From assembly GCA_051313645.2 (NCBI GenBank), contig JBNRSN020000029.1, positions 40,982,001 to 41,046,000 on the forward strand: a DNA stretch of 64,000 nt, in the 5' to 3' direction. Made by a program: the position numbers and the translations under genes. Of the stretch, positions 36,866-50,109 are shown piece by piece (positions within the stretch are counted from its first letter, which is position 1; the number at the start of each line of letters is the position of its first letter). The notes under the pieces are model-generated. The model saw nothing but the letters and a program-made list of their open reading frames with translations, was not told the DNA's origin and did not search any database. The DNA is from Centroscyllium fabricii (taxonomy: Eukaryota).

Positions 36866-37059
36866 CAAAGTGATGGGGTGTTCTAGGGAGCTACAGTGGG
36901 AGGAGAAGGGGGGCGGGATAATATTGATTTGGTTAGCAGCTGGAATGCAAAGCGAAGGAGAGATGAGAGAATTCAGAAAAAGAAAGGTATTTTAAAGTTA
37001 TAGCTAGGCCATTTAGCGGTGAAATCAGCAAGCTCTTTCTCATAGGCAAATCGGAACTT

Positions 37060-40000
37060 AGAGGAATAGAGGAACATAGCAATAGAAGTAGGCAATTCAG
37101 CCCATCGAAGCAGTTTCGCCATGTAATGTGATCATGGCTGACTAGCGATCTAACTCATTTCCACCGCCATTGGCACGTATCCCTTAATACCATTGGTTAA
37201 AATCTATCATACTCAGATTTAAAATTAACAATAGATTTGGCATCAATTGCCATTTGCGGAAGAGAATTCCAAACTTCTACCGCACTTTGTATGTTGAAAG
37301 CTTTCCTACTTTCACGCCTGAAACATCCGCTTCTTATTTTTAGACTGTTGAATCCCCAACCAGCAGAAATAGTTTCTATCTATCTATGCTATCTGTTCCC
37401 CATAATTTCTTGAAAATTGCGATCAGTTCACCTCTGAACGTTCTAAAGTCTAGGCAATGCAACCCTAATTCGTGTAATCACTCCACAGAACGTAAAGCTT
37501 GAAGCCCGTATATCTGGTTAAACATATGTTGAGCTCCTTCCAAGACCAATATATAATTCCTAAGGTATGGTGCCCAGAGCTGCTGACAGTATTCTAGGTG
37601 TGCTCCAAGCAGGGTTTTTTCTAGCTGCAGCATAACTTCTACCCCGTTGTATCCATGTCCCCTAGACTAAAGGTCATCGTTTCATTAGCCTTTTTGATTA
37701 TTTTCTGTACTTGTTCCAGACATGTTAATGATCTATGCACCTGACCCCACAAGGCTCTTTGGGCATCCATTGTTTTTAGCTTTTCACCATTCAGAAAGTA
37801 CACTGTTCTATTCTTTTTAGGTCCAAAGTGCACTGACTCACATTTGTTTACAGTAAAATTCATTTGGCACAGTTTTGCCCATTCACTTAATCTATCAATA
37901 TTGCTTTGTGATATTATGCTTTCATCTACACTTCTTACAATGCTGCTTATCGCTCCAACAAGCGATAGCCTAACAAACTCCGCATGAATTTCATCGACAT
38001 TAACATTGCCGAATAACCCACTATTAACATCCTGGGGGCCATCATTGATCATAAACATAGCTGGGACAGCCACATAAGTACTGTGCTAACAAGAGCTGGT
38101 CAGATATTAGGTATTCTGCGGTCAGTGTCTCAGCTCCTGACTCCTGATTCCTGACTCCTGATTCCTGACTCCCCAAACCCGTTCCACCATCAGCAAGGTC
38201 GGAGCAAGATGTGCGATGCTATACTGTCTACTTGCCTGGATGAGTGCAGTTCCAACAACTCTCAAGAAGCTACACACCATCCAGGGCAAAGCAGCCCGCT
38301 TGATTGGCTCCCCATCCACCACCTTAAATATTCACTCCCTCCACCACCGGTGTAGCTTGGCTGCAGTGTGTACCATCCACAAGATGCACTGCAGCAACTC
38401 ACCAATGCTTCTTTTGCAGCACCTCCCAAATGCGCGGCCGCTTCCACCTAGAAGGACAAGGGCAGCAGGCGCATTGGAACAGCATCACCTCCAAGTTCCC
38501 CTCCAAGACACGCACCACCCTGACTTAGAAGTATATCGGCCATTCCTTCATCGTCGCTGGGTTAAAATTCTGGAACTCCCTACCTAACAGCACTGTAGGG
38601 GTACCTTCACCACACGGACTGCAGCAGTTCAGGAAGACGGCTCACCCCTACCTTCTCAAGGGCAATTTGGGATGGGCAATATATGTTGACCTTGCCAGCG
38701 ACGCCCACATTCCATAAACGAGAAAAATTATCTTTGTGCCATTGGCAAATTTGGATACATGACATTCCGTGCCATCATTTAAGTCATTCATACATATTCT
38801 GAATAGTTGAGGCTTCAAAACCGATCCCTGCGAGACGCCACCAGTCACATCAAGCCATTTTGATTACCTACCCATTATCACTACTCTCTGTTTCCTGTCC
38901 CTGAGTCAATTTTCTAACCCTGTTAATAATTTTCCCTCAATTCCGTGGGATGCTACCTTAGATAACAATCTCTTATCTGTGACTGTATCCAATGCTTTCT
39001 GGAAATCCATATAAATAACATCCATAGACATTCCACTGTCCACTAATTTAGCGATATCTTTCAAAAAATCAATCTGATTTGTCATTCAAGTCCTACCGTT
39101 CACATATCCATGTTGGCTTTCTCTAATTAATCGAAATTTTTCAAGGTATTCAGTCACCCTATCCTTAGTTATAGACTCTAGCAGTTTCCCGGCAGCAGAT
39201 GTTAAGCGAACTGATCTATAAGCCCCTGGTTTCAATCTCTCATCATTCTTAAGAAGAGGAGTGACGAGCACAATTTTCGAATCTAAAGGGATGGTTCCTG
39301 AATCGAGATACTTTGAAGGTTATCGTTAGGTGATCTGTAATTTCCTCAACTACTTCCTTAAAACACTGGGAAGGAAACCATCTACCCCACCGGATTTGTC
39401 ACACTTTAGTTACATTATTGTCTTCTGTACTGTTATTTAACGTTAATTTTATTGCGTCCCTGTCCCCGGTGCAATATTAGCTTTTTTCGGATTTCCGGTA
39501 TGCTTTCCTCTTTTTCGACTGTAAATACCGATGCAAAGTAATTATTCAACTTGACCGCCATTTTCCCATTGCAATTGACAATATCTACACTTTCAGTTTT
39601 TAAGGGGCCATCATTGCTCCTGACCACCATTTTGTTCCTAATGTAACTTTAAAAAATATTCCTAATGATTTTGATATCATTAGCAAATTACTTTTAGTAC
39701 TTTTTCTAACTCTCATTGCCAATTTTGTGACCCTTTGCTGTTCTTTATTTCCCATTCGCCAGGATCTGTGCTACATTTTGCATTTTGTTTAACTTTTCCT
39801 TTAATTTTATGCTGTCACTTACCTCTTTAGTTCTACTTGTTTCTCTGGCAAATAGAGCTCCTGCCCTTCAGGGCTATCAACTTGTTCTGTATCATGTTTA
39901 ATTCTTTAGAAAAATCTCCCACTGATCTTCTATTCTGTTGCCCATTTACAGATTTGCCCAGTCTCTGCCTCATCCAGTTGCAGTCGACCTTACCTAAACC

Positions 40001-40320
40001 TGGAATCTTAGTAGCTGTCTCACGTTTCTCCCTTTCAAACGTGACATTCAACTCGATTATGTTACGATAGGTATTGGGTAAATGTTCGCGCACAGCTAGG
40101 CTGTAATATTATTTGGTTCGTTACTCATTACTAAATCTATTGTGGCTTGTCCCCTTGCTGCCGGTAAGACATATTGTTGTAGAAAACTGTCCCGGACACA
40201 CTCAAGAAGTTGGCTACTTTTCTCATAGGTGCTCGCCTGCTTTTCCTAATCAATAAAAAAATTAAAATCGCCCACTAAAATTACATTGCCTTTGCTAAAC
40301 GTTTGTCTAATCGTGCGCTG
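37060..40320 (-). mobile_element. CR1 LINE, decayed, with nested opposite-strand LINE
   Basis: YRSVRLTSAAGKLLES..IRESQHG, GGVSQGSVLKPQLF, DRLSEWAKLCQMNFTVNKC on the minus strand. Confidence 0.85.
37980..38725 (+). mobile_element. nested LINE 3' fragment (family of 7100-9287)
   Basis: LAWMSAVPTTLKKLHTIQGKAARLIG..HSLHHRC; 3' tail at 38660-38720. Confidence 0.8.
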
Positions 40321-40939
40321 ACTAATTATTTTGAATGTGGAGGAGGGGGGAGTAATTAATGTTGGGCTTAGTTACGGGGTGTGCCTGGTGGGAACTTCTG
40401 ACGTTTAAGTGCTGGTACGGTACAGGTGATCAGAATTTTTAAGGATAAGTAGAAGGGAAGTGGATGGGAACAATTGGGGCAGAAGCGACGAGCTGAGAGA
40501 AGAGGGAGAGGGGAGCGAGAGGAGGACATATTTTGAAAGGAAAAGAGGAATGGAGGAATGGTGGAGAGAGGGACAGAGTTGAGCGAGGAGAGGAAAGGAA
40601 TGTGGAAGGGGGAGAGTTATGGAGTGATGGGCTGATTGGGAGATGGTCAGGGAAAGGACGGAGAGATGAAAGCCTAAATAGATGAGAATACATGGGAATG
40701 TGAGGTAAAATGTCAGCTAAGGTAGGGGAGAGCAGAGCAGCCGATATGTGTCATACCTATATGTATATAAACCTCTGGTAGCTTTGTCTCATCATATAGA
40801 CGAAGTCCACGTAATTAAACTTTCATCTCATAGCTCCAGTTACGAAATGTTCGTATGATTCTGCCTGAACTTCGACAACTGTATACAGCCAAAATAATCC
40901 AGACCTTTAATTAGTTGTGAATAAGTCTTTCTCACTTAC

Positions 40940-40966
40940 TGCTCTTTCTAAGAAGCTGTTTGCAAT
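40940..40966 (-). CDS. candidate 27-nt micro-exon (DCKQLLRKS)
   Basis: ttccgtttaacag|ATTGCAAACAGCTTCTTAGAAAGAGCA|gtaagt; paralogue of 17708-17734 with synonymous and conservative changes in phase 1. Confidence 0.6.
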
Positions 40967-41332
40967 CTGTTAAACGGAACACACCACATCATGTTACAGT
41001 CTGTAGAACCGTTTTTATCTCATTGTGCCAAATGCTGTTTCGAGCATTGAATGTGCAAGTGAAACGTACAGGATGCAATGTGCAATTCTAATTCGTAAAG
41101 GGTGATGCCTCCTCCATAGGCAAGCAAAACAATATATGTCAGTGGATTTATACACTAATCTTTCATATTTTAACATCCACAATAAGCAACTGCTCTTCGG
41201 GTTCCCACATCACAATCGGACATAACTCGACATAATTATAAAATAAGGTAAATTATATTCAACAGAATTATAGGCCAGGGTATGTAAGCACACACTGATG
41301 TTCCACTTCGAACATCGCATCACAGCTATAAT

Positions 41333-43626
41333 TGTCACAGGGTGCCTGTCCCTTTAAGAATTCAAAACAGTTTTGTTGTGTTTCACACCTGTTTTGAGGA
41401 CTGGGTTCCCCTGTTATTTCATTATTTATTCTATTATCTGTGTCAATTGCTTGTTGGGTTCCTGTTCTCATTGCCTTCAGGTTATTGGCTATCACCAAAT
41501 TGTATGTTGGCTGGTTTTAGTTCATAAGCTGGAGGTTGTGATGAGAGCAGGGCGGGATCATTGTGAATGTACTGGACTTCTATTACACATTCTACAAGCC
41601 ACTAGAGGGAGTGGTTGCTGCTTCTGTGCTCCTGGAGGGGCTATGGTTTTGGACTTTCCCTTGCCCGATTGAGGACGGATTCCCTTTGGACCACTCGGCT
41701 AGGGTGAGACTAGCTGGAGCAGCTAAAGTGAGACTGGCTGTTGAGTAGTCTCCAGTGACTTTCTAGTTGTCATCTGTCGGGACATTGAGTTCAGCCACCG
41801 GCAGCACAGGCTGAGTTGCTTAAGAGGGGCAATGGGGTTGGAGCTCAGATCACTCTGCCTTGACATTGCGCCCTGCTATCTGTAACTCAGGCATGGACAA
41901 TTCATATGTTGAGTAAGGGCGTTCCCCTGCTTGTGGATCTGAATCTACTACTTGGACATTTGTTTCATTTTCATCCGAACCTAGGTTTGGACATTTGATA
42001 CCTGTTATGCAGAAGCTGTTCCCAAATCCTCTACGGGGAGTTGTATTGTGATGTCCTACTCGCAGAGGAGAACTTGTTCGTTTCTCTTAAAGCAGTTGGA
42101 TTGTGATGTCCTGCTTATAGAGGAAGACTCGTTTAAGTTGGACAGTGATGCCTGGACTTATATTCCTAGGGAAAATGACGCGCTTTGTTGCGTGGCACCC
42201 CTCTACCCATTTCTCACTATTTTGGGAAGTTCTGTGCCAGTCTTTAGTTAGACTTGTGTTTAATATGTGTACTATATATTTGTATGTTAATACTATTCTA
42301 TGTGGTTTTGTTATAAAGGAGTTTTGTTATAAAAGACGTTTCAGTGTCTCTGCATTTGGGCCCCGCCCTCATTCCGTTTCACCAATCCGTTTACAGAATG
42401 ATCCCGCCAAATTTGGGGCTCAGCAGACACTGTAGCGTCTAAACACTCCTTAAAATTTTTTCTTGAAGACTGTTGTCTCTTCTCCGTACCCCTCCGCCCA
42501 CCCTATTCCGGCATATTGGGTATTTGGCCCGTCGCAGTCGTCCCTTAAGGGGGGGGTTCTGTCACAGGTTGCCTGTCCCTTTAAGAATTCAAAACAGTTT
42601 TGTTGTGTTTCACACCTGTTTTGAGGACTGGGTTCCCCTGTTATTTCATTATTTATTCTATTATCTGTGTCAATTGCTTGTTGGGTTCCTGTTCTCATTG
42701 CCTTCAGGTTATTGGCTATCACCAAATTGTATGTTGGCTGGTTTTAGTTCATAAGCTGGAGGTTGTGATGAGAGCAGGGCGGGATCATTGTGAATGTACT
42801 GGACTTCTATTACACATTCTACAAGCCACTGGAGGGAGTGGTTGCTGCTTCTGTGCTCCTGGAGGGGCTATGGTTTTGGACTTTCCCTTGCCCGATTGAG
42901 GACGGATTCCCTTTGGACCACTCGGCTAGGGTGAGACTAGCTGGAGCAGCTAGAGTGAGACTGGCTGTTGAGTAGTCTCCTGTGACTTTCTAGTTGTCAT
43001 CTGTCGGGACATTGAGTTCAGCCACCGGCAGCACAGGCTGAGTTGCTTAAGAGGGGCAATGGGGTTGGAGCTCCGATCACTCTGCCTTGACATTTCGCCC
43101 TGCTATCTGGAACTCAGGCATGGACAATTCATATGTTGAGTAAGGGCGTTCCCCTGCTTGTGGATCTGAATCTACTACTTGGACATTTGTTTCATTTTCA
43201 TCCGAACCTAGGTTTGGACATTTGATACCTGTTATGCAGAAGCTGTTCCCAAATCCTCTACGGGGAGTTGTATTGTGATGTCCTACTCGCAGAGGAGAAC
43301 TTGTTCGTTTCTCTTAAAGCAGTTGGATTGTGATGTCCTGCTTATAGAGGAAGACTCGTTTAAGTTGGACAGTGATGCCTGGACTTATATTCCTAGGGAA
43401 AATGACGCGCTTTGTTGCGTGGCACCCCTCTACCCATTTCTCACTCTTTTGGGAAGTTCTGTCTGTGCCAGTCTTTAGTTAGACTTGTGTTTAATATGTG
43501 TACTATATATTTGTATGTTAATACTATTCTATGTGGTTTTGTTATAAAGGAGTTTTGTTATAAAAGACGTTTCAGTGTCTCTGCATTTGGGCCCCGCCCT
43601 CATTCCGTTTCACCAATCCGGTTACA
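41333..43626 (+). mobile_element. non-autonomous, non-coding LTR retroelement (TRIM-like, long LTRs) related to the sushi-type element
   Basis: LTRs at 41333-42395 and 42560-43626 (about 9 substitutions plus a 4-bp indel); TG..CA ends; 5-bp TSD ATAAT; 164-bp core with self-priming PBS at 42397-42408 and poly-G PPT at about 42547-42556. Confidence 0.92.
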
Positions 43627-43685
43627 ATAATTCAAAACTCCACGCCAATGATTCAGCAGAAGCAGAAGTTTACTATGTCATTTAC

Positions 43686-43721
43686 CTGCATATTTATCTG
43701 CCAGGTAACTATTATCCTCCC
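43686..43721 (-). CDS. candidate 36-nt micro-exon (xEDNSYLADKYA)
   Basis: atatttttgcag|GGGAGGATAATAGTTACCTGGCAGATAAATATGCAG|gtaaat; open in phase 1. Confidence 0.55.
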
Positions 43722-43909
43722 CTGCAAAAATATTGCAAGTAAATATACAAGCTGAGAAAAAAACACTTTAATGTTTGTAAATAATACAGCGTGGTAAATG
43801 CTGACTTTGCGCCAAAATATAAATCGTGTGATAGCGAATCAGCAGCCCGTTTTAGATCTCTCACGATTTAATTGATATTGAAGTGAATTCGGGAGGGAAT
43901 TCCAGAGCA

Positions 43910-44720
43910 CAATGCATAAATGTCTGAAGGCACTGCTGGTAAAGGAAATGGATGACGGACAAGAGGCTAGACTCAGAGCAATGAAGACTTTAGGACGGGG
44001 AGTTCTAGTGTTGGTCAACGTTACAGAGATTGGGTGAGAGAAGGCCTTGACACCATTGAAGCACAGGAGGATGAAATTAAATTAGATTCATCAAGCGAAA
44101 TGGAGAAAATTGAGATCAGCAAGGACAGGCGGAATGGATGAACTGGACTTGGACAAGGATAGAATAATACCAGTAGAGGTTTGGATGAGGTGAATTTTAT
44201 GAAGGGTATGATGTCATTCAAGAGAGCATTGGAGTCGTTGGCCCTGAAGATGGAAAAAGCATGAAAAAGTTCCAAAATCAACTGAGCTTAGGCACCTGCA
44301 GAGGCGAACAATATTCACGAGTTGGATATATGCAGTGTTTGTGATGAGGAGGATATGGTTTCAGTAGCTCAGGTAATGATAGGTATAGGTACCGATGTTG
44401 TAGACAGTCTGGTTGAGCCTGAGTCAGCAGGTGTGATGGGGTGCAATTAATAAAAATGTGGATCGTGTGGCTGGGGGCGAAGACAATGGCTTCTGTTTCC
44501 CCATTGATTAACTGAAGAAAATTGTGGCTTTACACCGACTGGATGCTCGACAAGTAGGCAGGAAACACGAAGGGAGTGGAGGAGACCCAATGTCGAAGAG
44601 GTAGAACTGGTTCCTGTAAGCACACATAAGGAAGCTGTCCCTATGTCTTCAGAATGTAACGGCAGAATGCATATGAACAGGAGGATGGGGAAAGAATAAA
44701 TTTCGGGGAGCCATTAAATC
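43910..44720 (-). mobile_element. very old L2 fragment
   Basis: Degenerate similarity to 5500-6200. Confidence 0.5.
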
Positions 44721-45039
44721 GATTTTCAGAATTGTAATTAAGCTTGTTATCTGCAAGGGTCTAGAGTAATGTGCAGAACATCAAGGGTAAAATATCAGCA
44801 TTATTACCTGAACCACATGCAATATTACATAGTGTCAAGCAGAACAGAGAGTTCAATGCGTGGCTCAGAGAATCGTGTTGGAAAATGCGGTTTCAATTCA
44901 TAGGGCACTGGCACTAGTACTTGGGAAATAGGGAGCTGTTCCAGTGGACGGGGTCCACTCAAGCCGGACTGGGTTCGGTGTCCTGGCGAATCGAGTAACT
45001 AGAGCCGTAGGTACGGCTTTAAAATAAACAACTGGGCGG

Positions 45040-46360
45040 GAAGGTGTGCTGTGAGGAGGATGTCGTCAAAACTCCAATGCGATTTGGACAGGTTGGGGTA
45101 TTGGGCAAATACCTGGCATTTGCATTATAATATGGATACATGTGAGGTTATCCACTTTGGTGGCAAAAACAGGAAGAATATTATTATTTGAATGGCAATA
45201 GATTGGGAGATGGAGAAGTGCAAAGTGACCTGCGTGTTCTTATGCACCGGTCACTGAAGGGAAGCATGCAGGTGCAACAGGCGGTTAAGAAGGCAAATGG
45301 TATGTTGGCCTTCGTAGCAAGAGGGTTCGAATATCAGAACAAGAATGTCTAGCTGCAGATCTACAGGACCACGGTGAGAGCACACCTCGAGTATTGTGTG
45401 CAGTTTTGGGCGCCTCATCTGAGGAAGGACGTTCTTGCCATTGAAAGAGTGCAGCGAAGATTCACCAGGCTGATATATAGAAACATAGAAACATAGAACC
45501 TAGGAGCAGGAGTAGGCCATTCGGCCCTTCGAGCCTGCTCCGCCATTCAATGAGATCATGGCTGATCATCCAAAACCAGCATCCCGCCCCCTCCCCTTAT
45601 CCCTCAATCCCTATCGAGCCTGAATCGACACATATCCTACCCTAGCCCTGTATCCCCACATATTCAATCCCCCTAACACTAAGGGTCAATTTATCATGGC
45701 CAATCAACCTATCCCACACATCTTTGGACTGTGGGAGGAAACCGGAGCACCCGGAGGAAACCCACGCAGACACGGGGAGAATGTGCAAACTCCACACAGA
45801 TAGTACCCGAGGCCGGATTTGAACCCGGGTCTCCAGTGCTGTGAGGCAACAGTGCTAACCACGATGCCACCGTGCCGCTAGGGATACGTGGGATGGCAGG
45901 AATTACATATGGGGATAGATTGAGACGACTGGGCCTATACACACCGGAGTAGCAGACAATTGAGAGGGGATCTCATCAAAACTTCTAAAATTCTGTCAGG
46001 CCTGGACAGACTGGCTGCACGATGGATGTTTCCGATGAAAGGGGAGTCCAGAACCAGGGGCCATAGTCTAACGATAAGGGGAAAGCCATTTAGGACTGAG
46101 ATGACGGGGAATTTCTTCACCCAGCGAGTGGTGAAGCTGTGGAATTCTCTGCCACAGAGGGCGGTGGAGGCCGGTTCATTAAATAAATTCAAGACGGAGT
46201 TCGACATATTCCTTCAGACTGAAGGGATCAAGGGATATGGGGAGCAGGCAATGGCAGGCGCAGGGTACTGAATCTGAAAGATCAGTCATGATCTAATTCA
46301 ATGGCGGAGCAGGCTCGAAGGGCCGAATGGCCTACTCGTGCTCCTATCTTCTATGTTTCT
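45040..46360 (+). mobile_element. nested CR1 3' fragment
   Basis: RGDLIKTSKILSGLDR..RGHSLTIRGKPFRTE; close to 1660-2540; tail CTCCTATCTTCTATGTTTC. Confidence 0.85.
45477..45877 (-). mobile_element. HE1/V-SINE-type SINE inserted in CR1
   Basis: Reverse complement of 15412-15810; interrupts the CR1 frame. Confidence 0.9.
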
Positions 46361-49300
46361 GTGATGTGTCAGTTGTGGGAAACTTAGAAGTCTAAGGAGA
46401 AAAGTTAAGTTAATAGAGCAGTGTAGCGTTTTGGGTAAAAATAAGCAGAGTGTGACAGGAAGGGACAGGGAATGTAATGCGTGCAGTCCCGCAGAGAATT
46501 AGTTCAAAGCAGGCAAAAATGTTAAAACATTTTAATTAAAGGCGCTATATCTGAATGCACGAATTATACCTAACAAGATAAACAAGCTATATGGGACAAA
46601 TAGAGATAAATGCGTTTGAGATAATAGCCAATACAGAGACATAGTTGCAAGGTGGCCAAGGTTGGGAACTACATTTTGCCGGGTACGTGACGTTTTGAAA
46701 ATATATTCAGAATGGAAAAGGAGGGGGTGCAGCCCTGATAATAAAGGTAGACATTACGCCAGTAGCGAGATAGGATCTAGGCTCGGAGATTCAGGAAGCA
46801 TAATCAGTATGAATGGAGATAAGGAATACCAATCGGCAGAAAATACTGGTAGGAGTATTATATAGACCCCCTAAGAGTAGGTTTAACGTTTGACGGAATA
46901 TTCATCTAGAAATATTAAGAGTTTTCAATAAAGGTAATGCAATAATCTTGGGGTCTTTAATCTTCATGTAAACTGGAAAAATCACATTGGCAGAATCCGT
47001 CTGGAGGACACGTTCATGGAATGAATGAGAGACAGTTTATTAGAATAATATGGCATGGAACCAACCAGTGAACCAGCTATTTTAGACCTTGTATTTTGCA
47101 ATGTGACAGCGTTGATTAACAATCTCGTAGCAAAGGATCCTCTGTGTCAGAGTGAACAAAATGATAGAAATGCACGTTAATTTTGAGAGTGACTTGGCTA
47201 CGTCCGAAACTAGAGTCTAAAACTTAAACAAAGCCAATTAAATAGGTATTAGGGGCAAGATCGCTAAGGTAGATTGAAAACCAGATTAAAAGGTATGGCC
47301 ATACATAAGCCGTGGCTACCATTTAAAGAAATATTTCATAATTGTGAGCAAAAATATATTCCATTGAGAAACAAAAACTCCACGGGAGAAGTGCTCCAAC
47401 CGTGCTAACTAAAGAACTTAAGGATCTCACTTGATTAAAAAAGAAACTTACAATGTTGTAAAGAATAACAGTAAGTCTGAGGATTGGGTGAGTTTTAGAA
47501 ATCTGCATAGATTGACCAAAATATTGATTTTAAGGGTAAAAATACAATATGAGAGAAACGTAACAGGAAATATAAAAGCAGTTTGTTAGAGTCTCTACAA
47601 GCCGGAAATAATGAAAAGATTAGCTAAATTAAATGTTGGTCCCTTAGTGGCTGATACAGGAGATATTATTATGGGTAATAAGGAAATGGCAGAAAAGTTA
47701 ATCAAATAGTTTGTGTCAGTCCTCATAGTAGAAGACACAAAAACATAGCAAAATTACTGGGGAACCAAGGATCTAATGAGGGTGACGAACTTAACATAAT
47801 TAATATAAGTAGAGAAACAGTGCTAGATAAACTAATCGGACTAAAATCGACAAATTCTCTGGACCTGACAACCTACATCTTAAGGTTCTAAAATAGGTGA
47901 CTGAAGAGGTAGTGCATGCGTTGGTGTTGATCTACCAAAAATTCCTAGATTCTGGAATGTTCCCAGTAGATTGGAAAGTAGCACATGTAACACTGCTATT
48001 CTAAAAAGGAGAGAGAGAGAAAATAGGGAACTGAATGCCAGTTTGCCTGACATCACTCCTCGGGAAAATGCTGGAATCCATTGTTATGGAATTGGTGTAA
48101 AGTCACTTAGTAAATCATAACATGATCAGGCAGGGTCAGCATGGTTTATGAAGTGGAAACCGTATTTGAAAAATGTATTAGATTTTGAGCCTGTAACTAG
48201 CAGGGTAGAGAAAGGAAAACCAGACGATGCAGAATATTTGGATTTCCAAAAAGCATTCAATAAGATGCCACATAAAAGGTTATTGTACCAGATTAGGGCT
48301 CATAGGGTTGGTGGTAATAAAGTAGCAAGGTTAGAGGATTGGTTAACGGACATAAAAAAAGGGTTGAACGGATCGTTTTGAGGTTGGCAGGCTGTAATTA
48401 GTGGGATGCCACAAAAAGCAGTGTTGGGGCCTCAGCTATTTACAGTCTATATTAATGACCTAGATTAAGGCACGGAGTGTACTGCATCCACATATGCTGA
48501 AGATACAAAGCTTGATCGGACAAGAAGCTGTGCAGAGAACACTCTGAAAAGCGATATAGATAGACTATGTGAGTGGGCAGTAAAGTGGTAGATGGAGTAT
48601 AATGTAGGGCAATCTGACGTTATTATCTTTGGTAGGAAGAACAGAAAAGCTGAACATTTTTTAAATGGTGAAATTCATTCAAATGTTCAGTGTGACTTGG
48701 GTGTTATCGGGCAAGTAACACAGAAAGCAAGCATACAGTTACAGCAAGCAAGCAATACAGAAGGCAAATGGCACGTTGGCCTTTATTGAAAGAGGGTTGG
48801 AGTATAAGAGCAAGGGAGGCTTGTTTCAATTTTGTAGGGCCTTGGTGAGACTACTGTGCACCGTTTTGGTCCCCTTATCTTCGGAAGTATATACTTCTCT
48901 TCACGGCATTGCAACGAATGTTCACTAGGTTGATTCCTGGGATGAGAGGGCTGTCCTATGATGAGAGGTTGTGTAGAATGGGCCGATGCTCTCTGGAGTT
49001 TAGAAGAATAAGAGGTGATCTCATTGAAACATACAATATTCTGAAGGGTACTGACAGAGTAGATCCTGAGAGGTTGTTTCCCATGGCTGGAGTGTCAAGA
49101 ACTAGGGGCATAATTTCTGGATAAGGGCTAAGCAAGTTGTGACTGAGATGAGGAGAAATTTCTTCACTCACAGTGTTGTGAATCTTTGAAATTCTCTGCC
49201 CGAAGGGGCTGTGAATGCTGAGTCTTCAAGTATGTTCAAGTCTGAGATAGATAGACTTTTGGACACTCGGGGAATCAAGGGATAAGGAGCTTGGGCGGGA

Positions 49301-50109
49301 AAGTGGAGTTGAGGTCGATGAGCAGCCATGGCCTACTCCTGCTTTTTTTAAACATGGTCTTATAAAATACCGCAGCTTAGCAATTTGTATCTGGCTTCCT
49401 CTTGCGAATGTGTTTTCTTTTATTTTTCACACCACCTGCCCAAATGTTGGAAACGTACACGACAGAACACATGAAAAAGGCACAAGGTTGACATTTCTTT
49501 TTGTCGGTTTTTGGGCATCCTTGTCAGCAGAGCACATTTGTTTGATAGTGGCTAAAAGAGCTGACCAATTATAAGAGCCAGTTCTTATTAACTTATGGCC
49601 AGCCGCACGCCAGTGGCAAAGTAACAACTCCCGAACGGCGCGGCCAGTTTCCCGGCGGGGGAAAATGAAAATCAGGTTGGTGGCGCTCTCTGGAAGCCGG
49701 TAAAGCAGTGAAACTGCATGTCAGTTTATGTTTCTACAACCAAGAGTTGGACTCCTTTCCCTCCTGGTTCCTGTAACATAAATGAATTACTTTCATTTAA
49801 GCTCCTCTTAGGGTGAAACTAAATTGAGTTCTCACTGACGTCAAAGCACCGCGCTTTAGTTACGCTTTAGTTACCTAAATTACCTGTGCACTTGGTTTAG
49901 GTTTTCCTTCCGCCATATCTTCTGAGAACCCCCGTCAAATGGGTATAGCCACTCAAAATGCAGCAACCCGGCAATGTTCAGAGCACTATCGCCACAAGTG
50001 TGTCGAATTGATTTTGGCGACAGTATGCTATTGCACAATTCATTTCGGGGGACAAAGTGGACTAGTCTGAACTTAATATAGTCCAACTGTTTGCAGAACC
50101 TGTGAGAAG

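Larger units (their letters stand above)
44740..49345 (+). mobile_element. long decayed CR1 LINE (ORF1 end, endonuclease, RT, 3' end) with nested CR1 and SINE
   Basis: Endonuclease-start-like LYLNAR near 46545; EYLDFQKAFNKMPHKRLL; QRMFTRLIPGMRGLSY..RGDLIETY; many stops. Confidence 0.85.

Noticed and set aside
41342-43630. Duplicated short ORFs (61, 67, 99 aa) as a duplicated gene or assembly artefact
   Set aside because: They lie in the two LTRs and show no recognisable domain. The TSD, PBS, PPT and ~10 differences argue for an LTR element, not a tandem duplication or mis-assembly.
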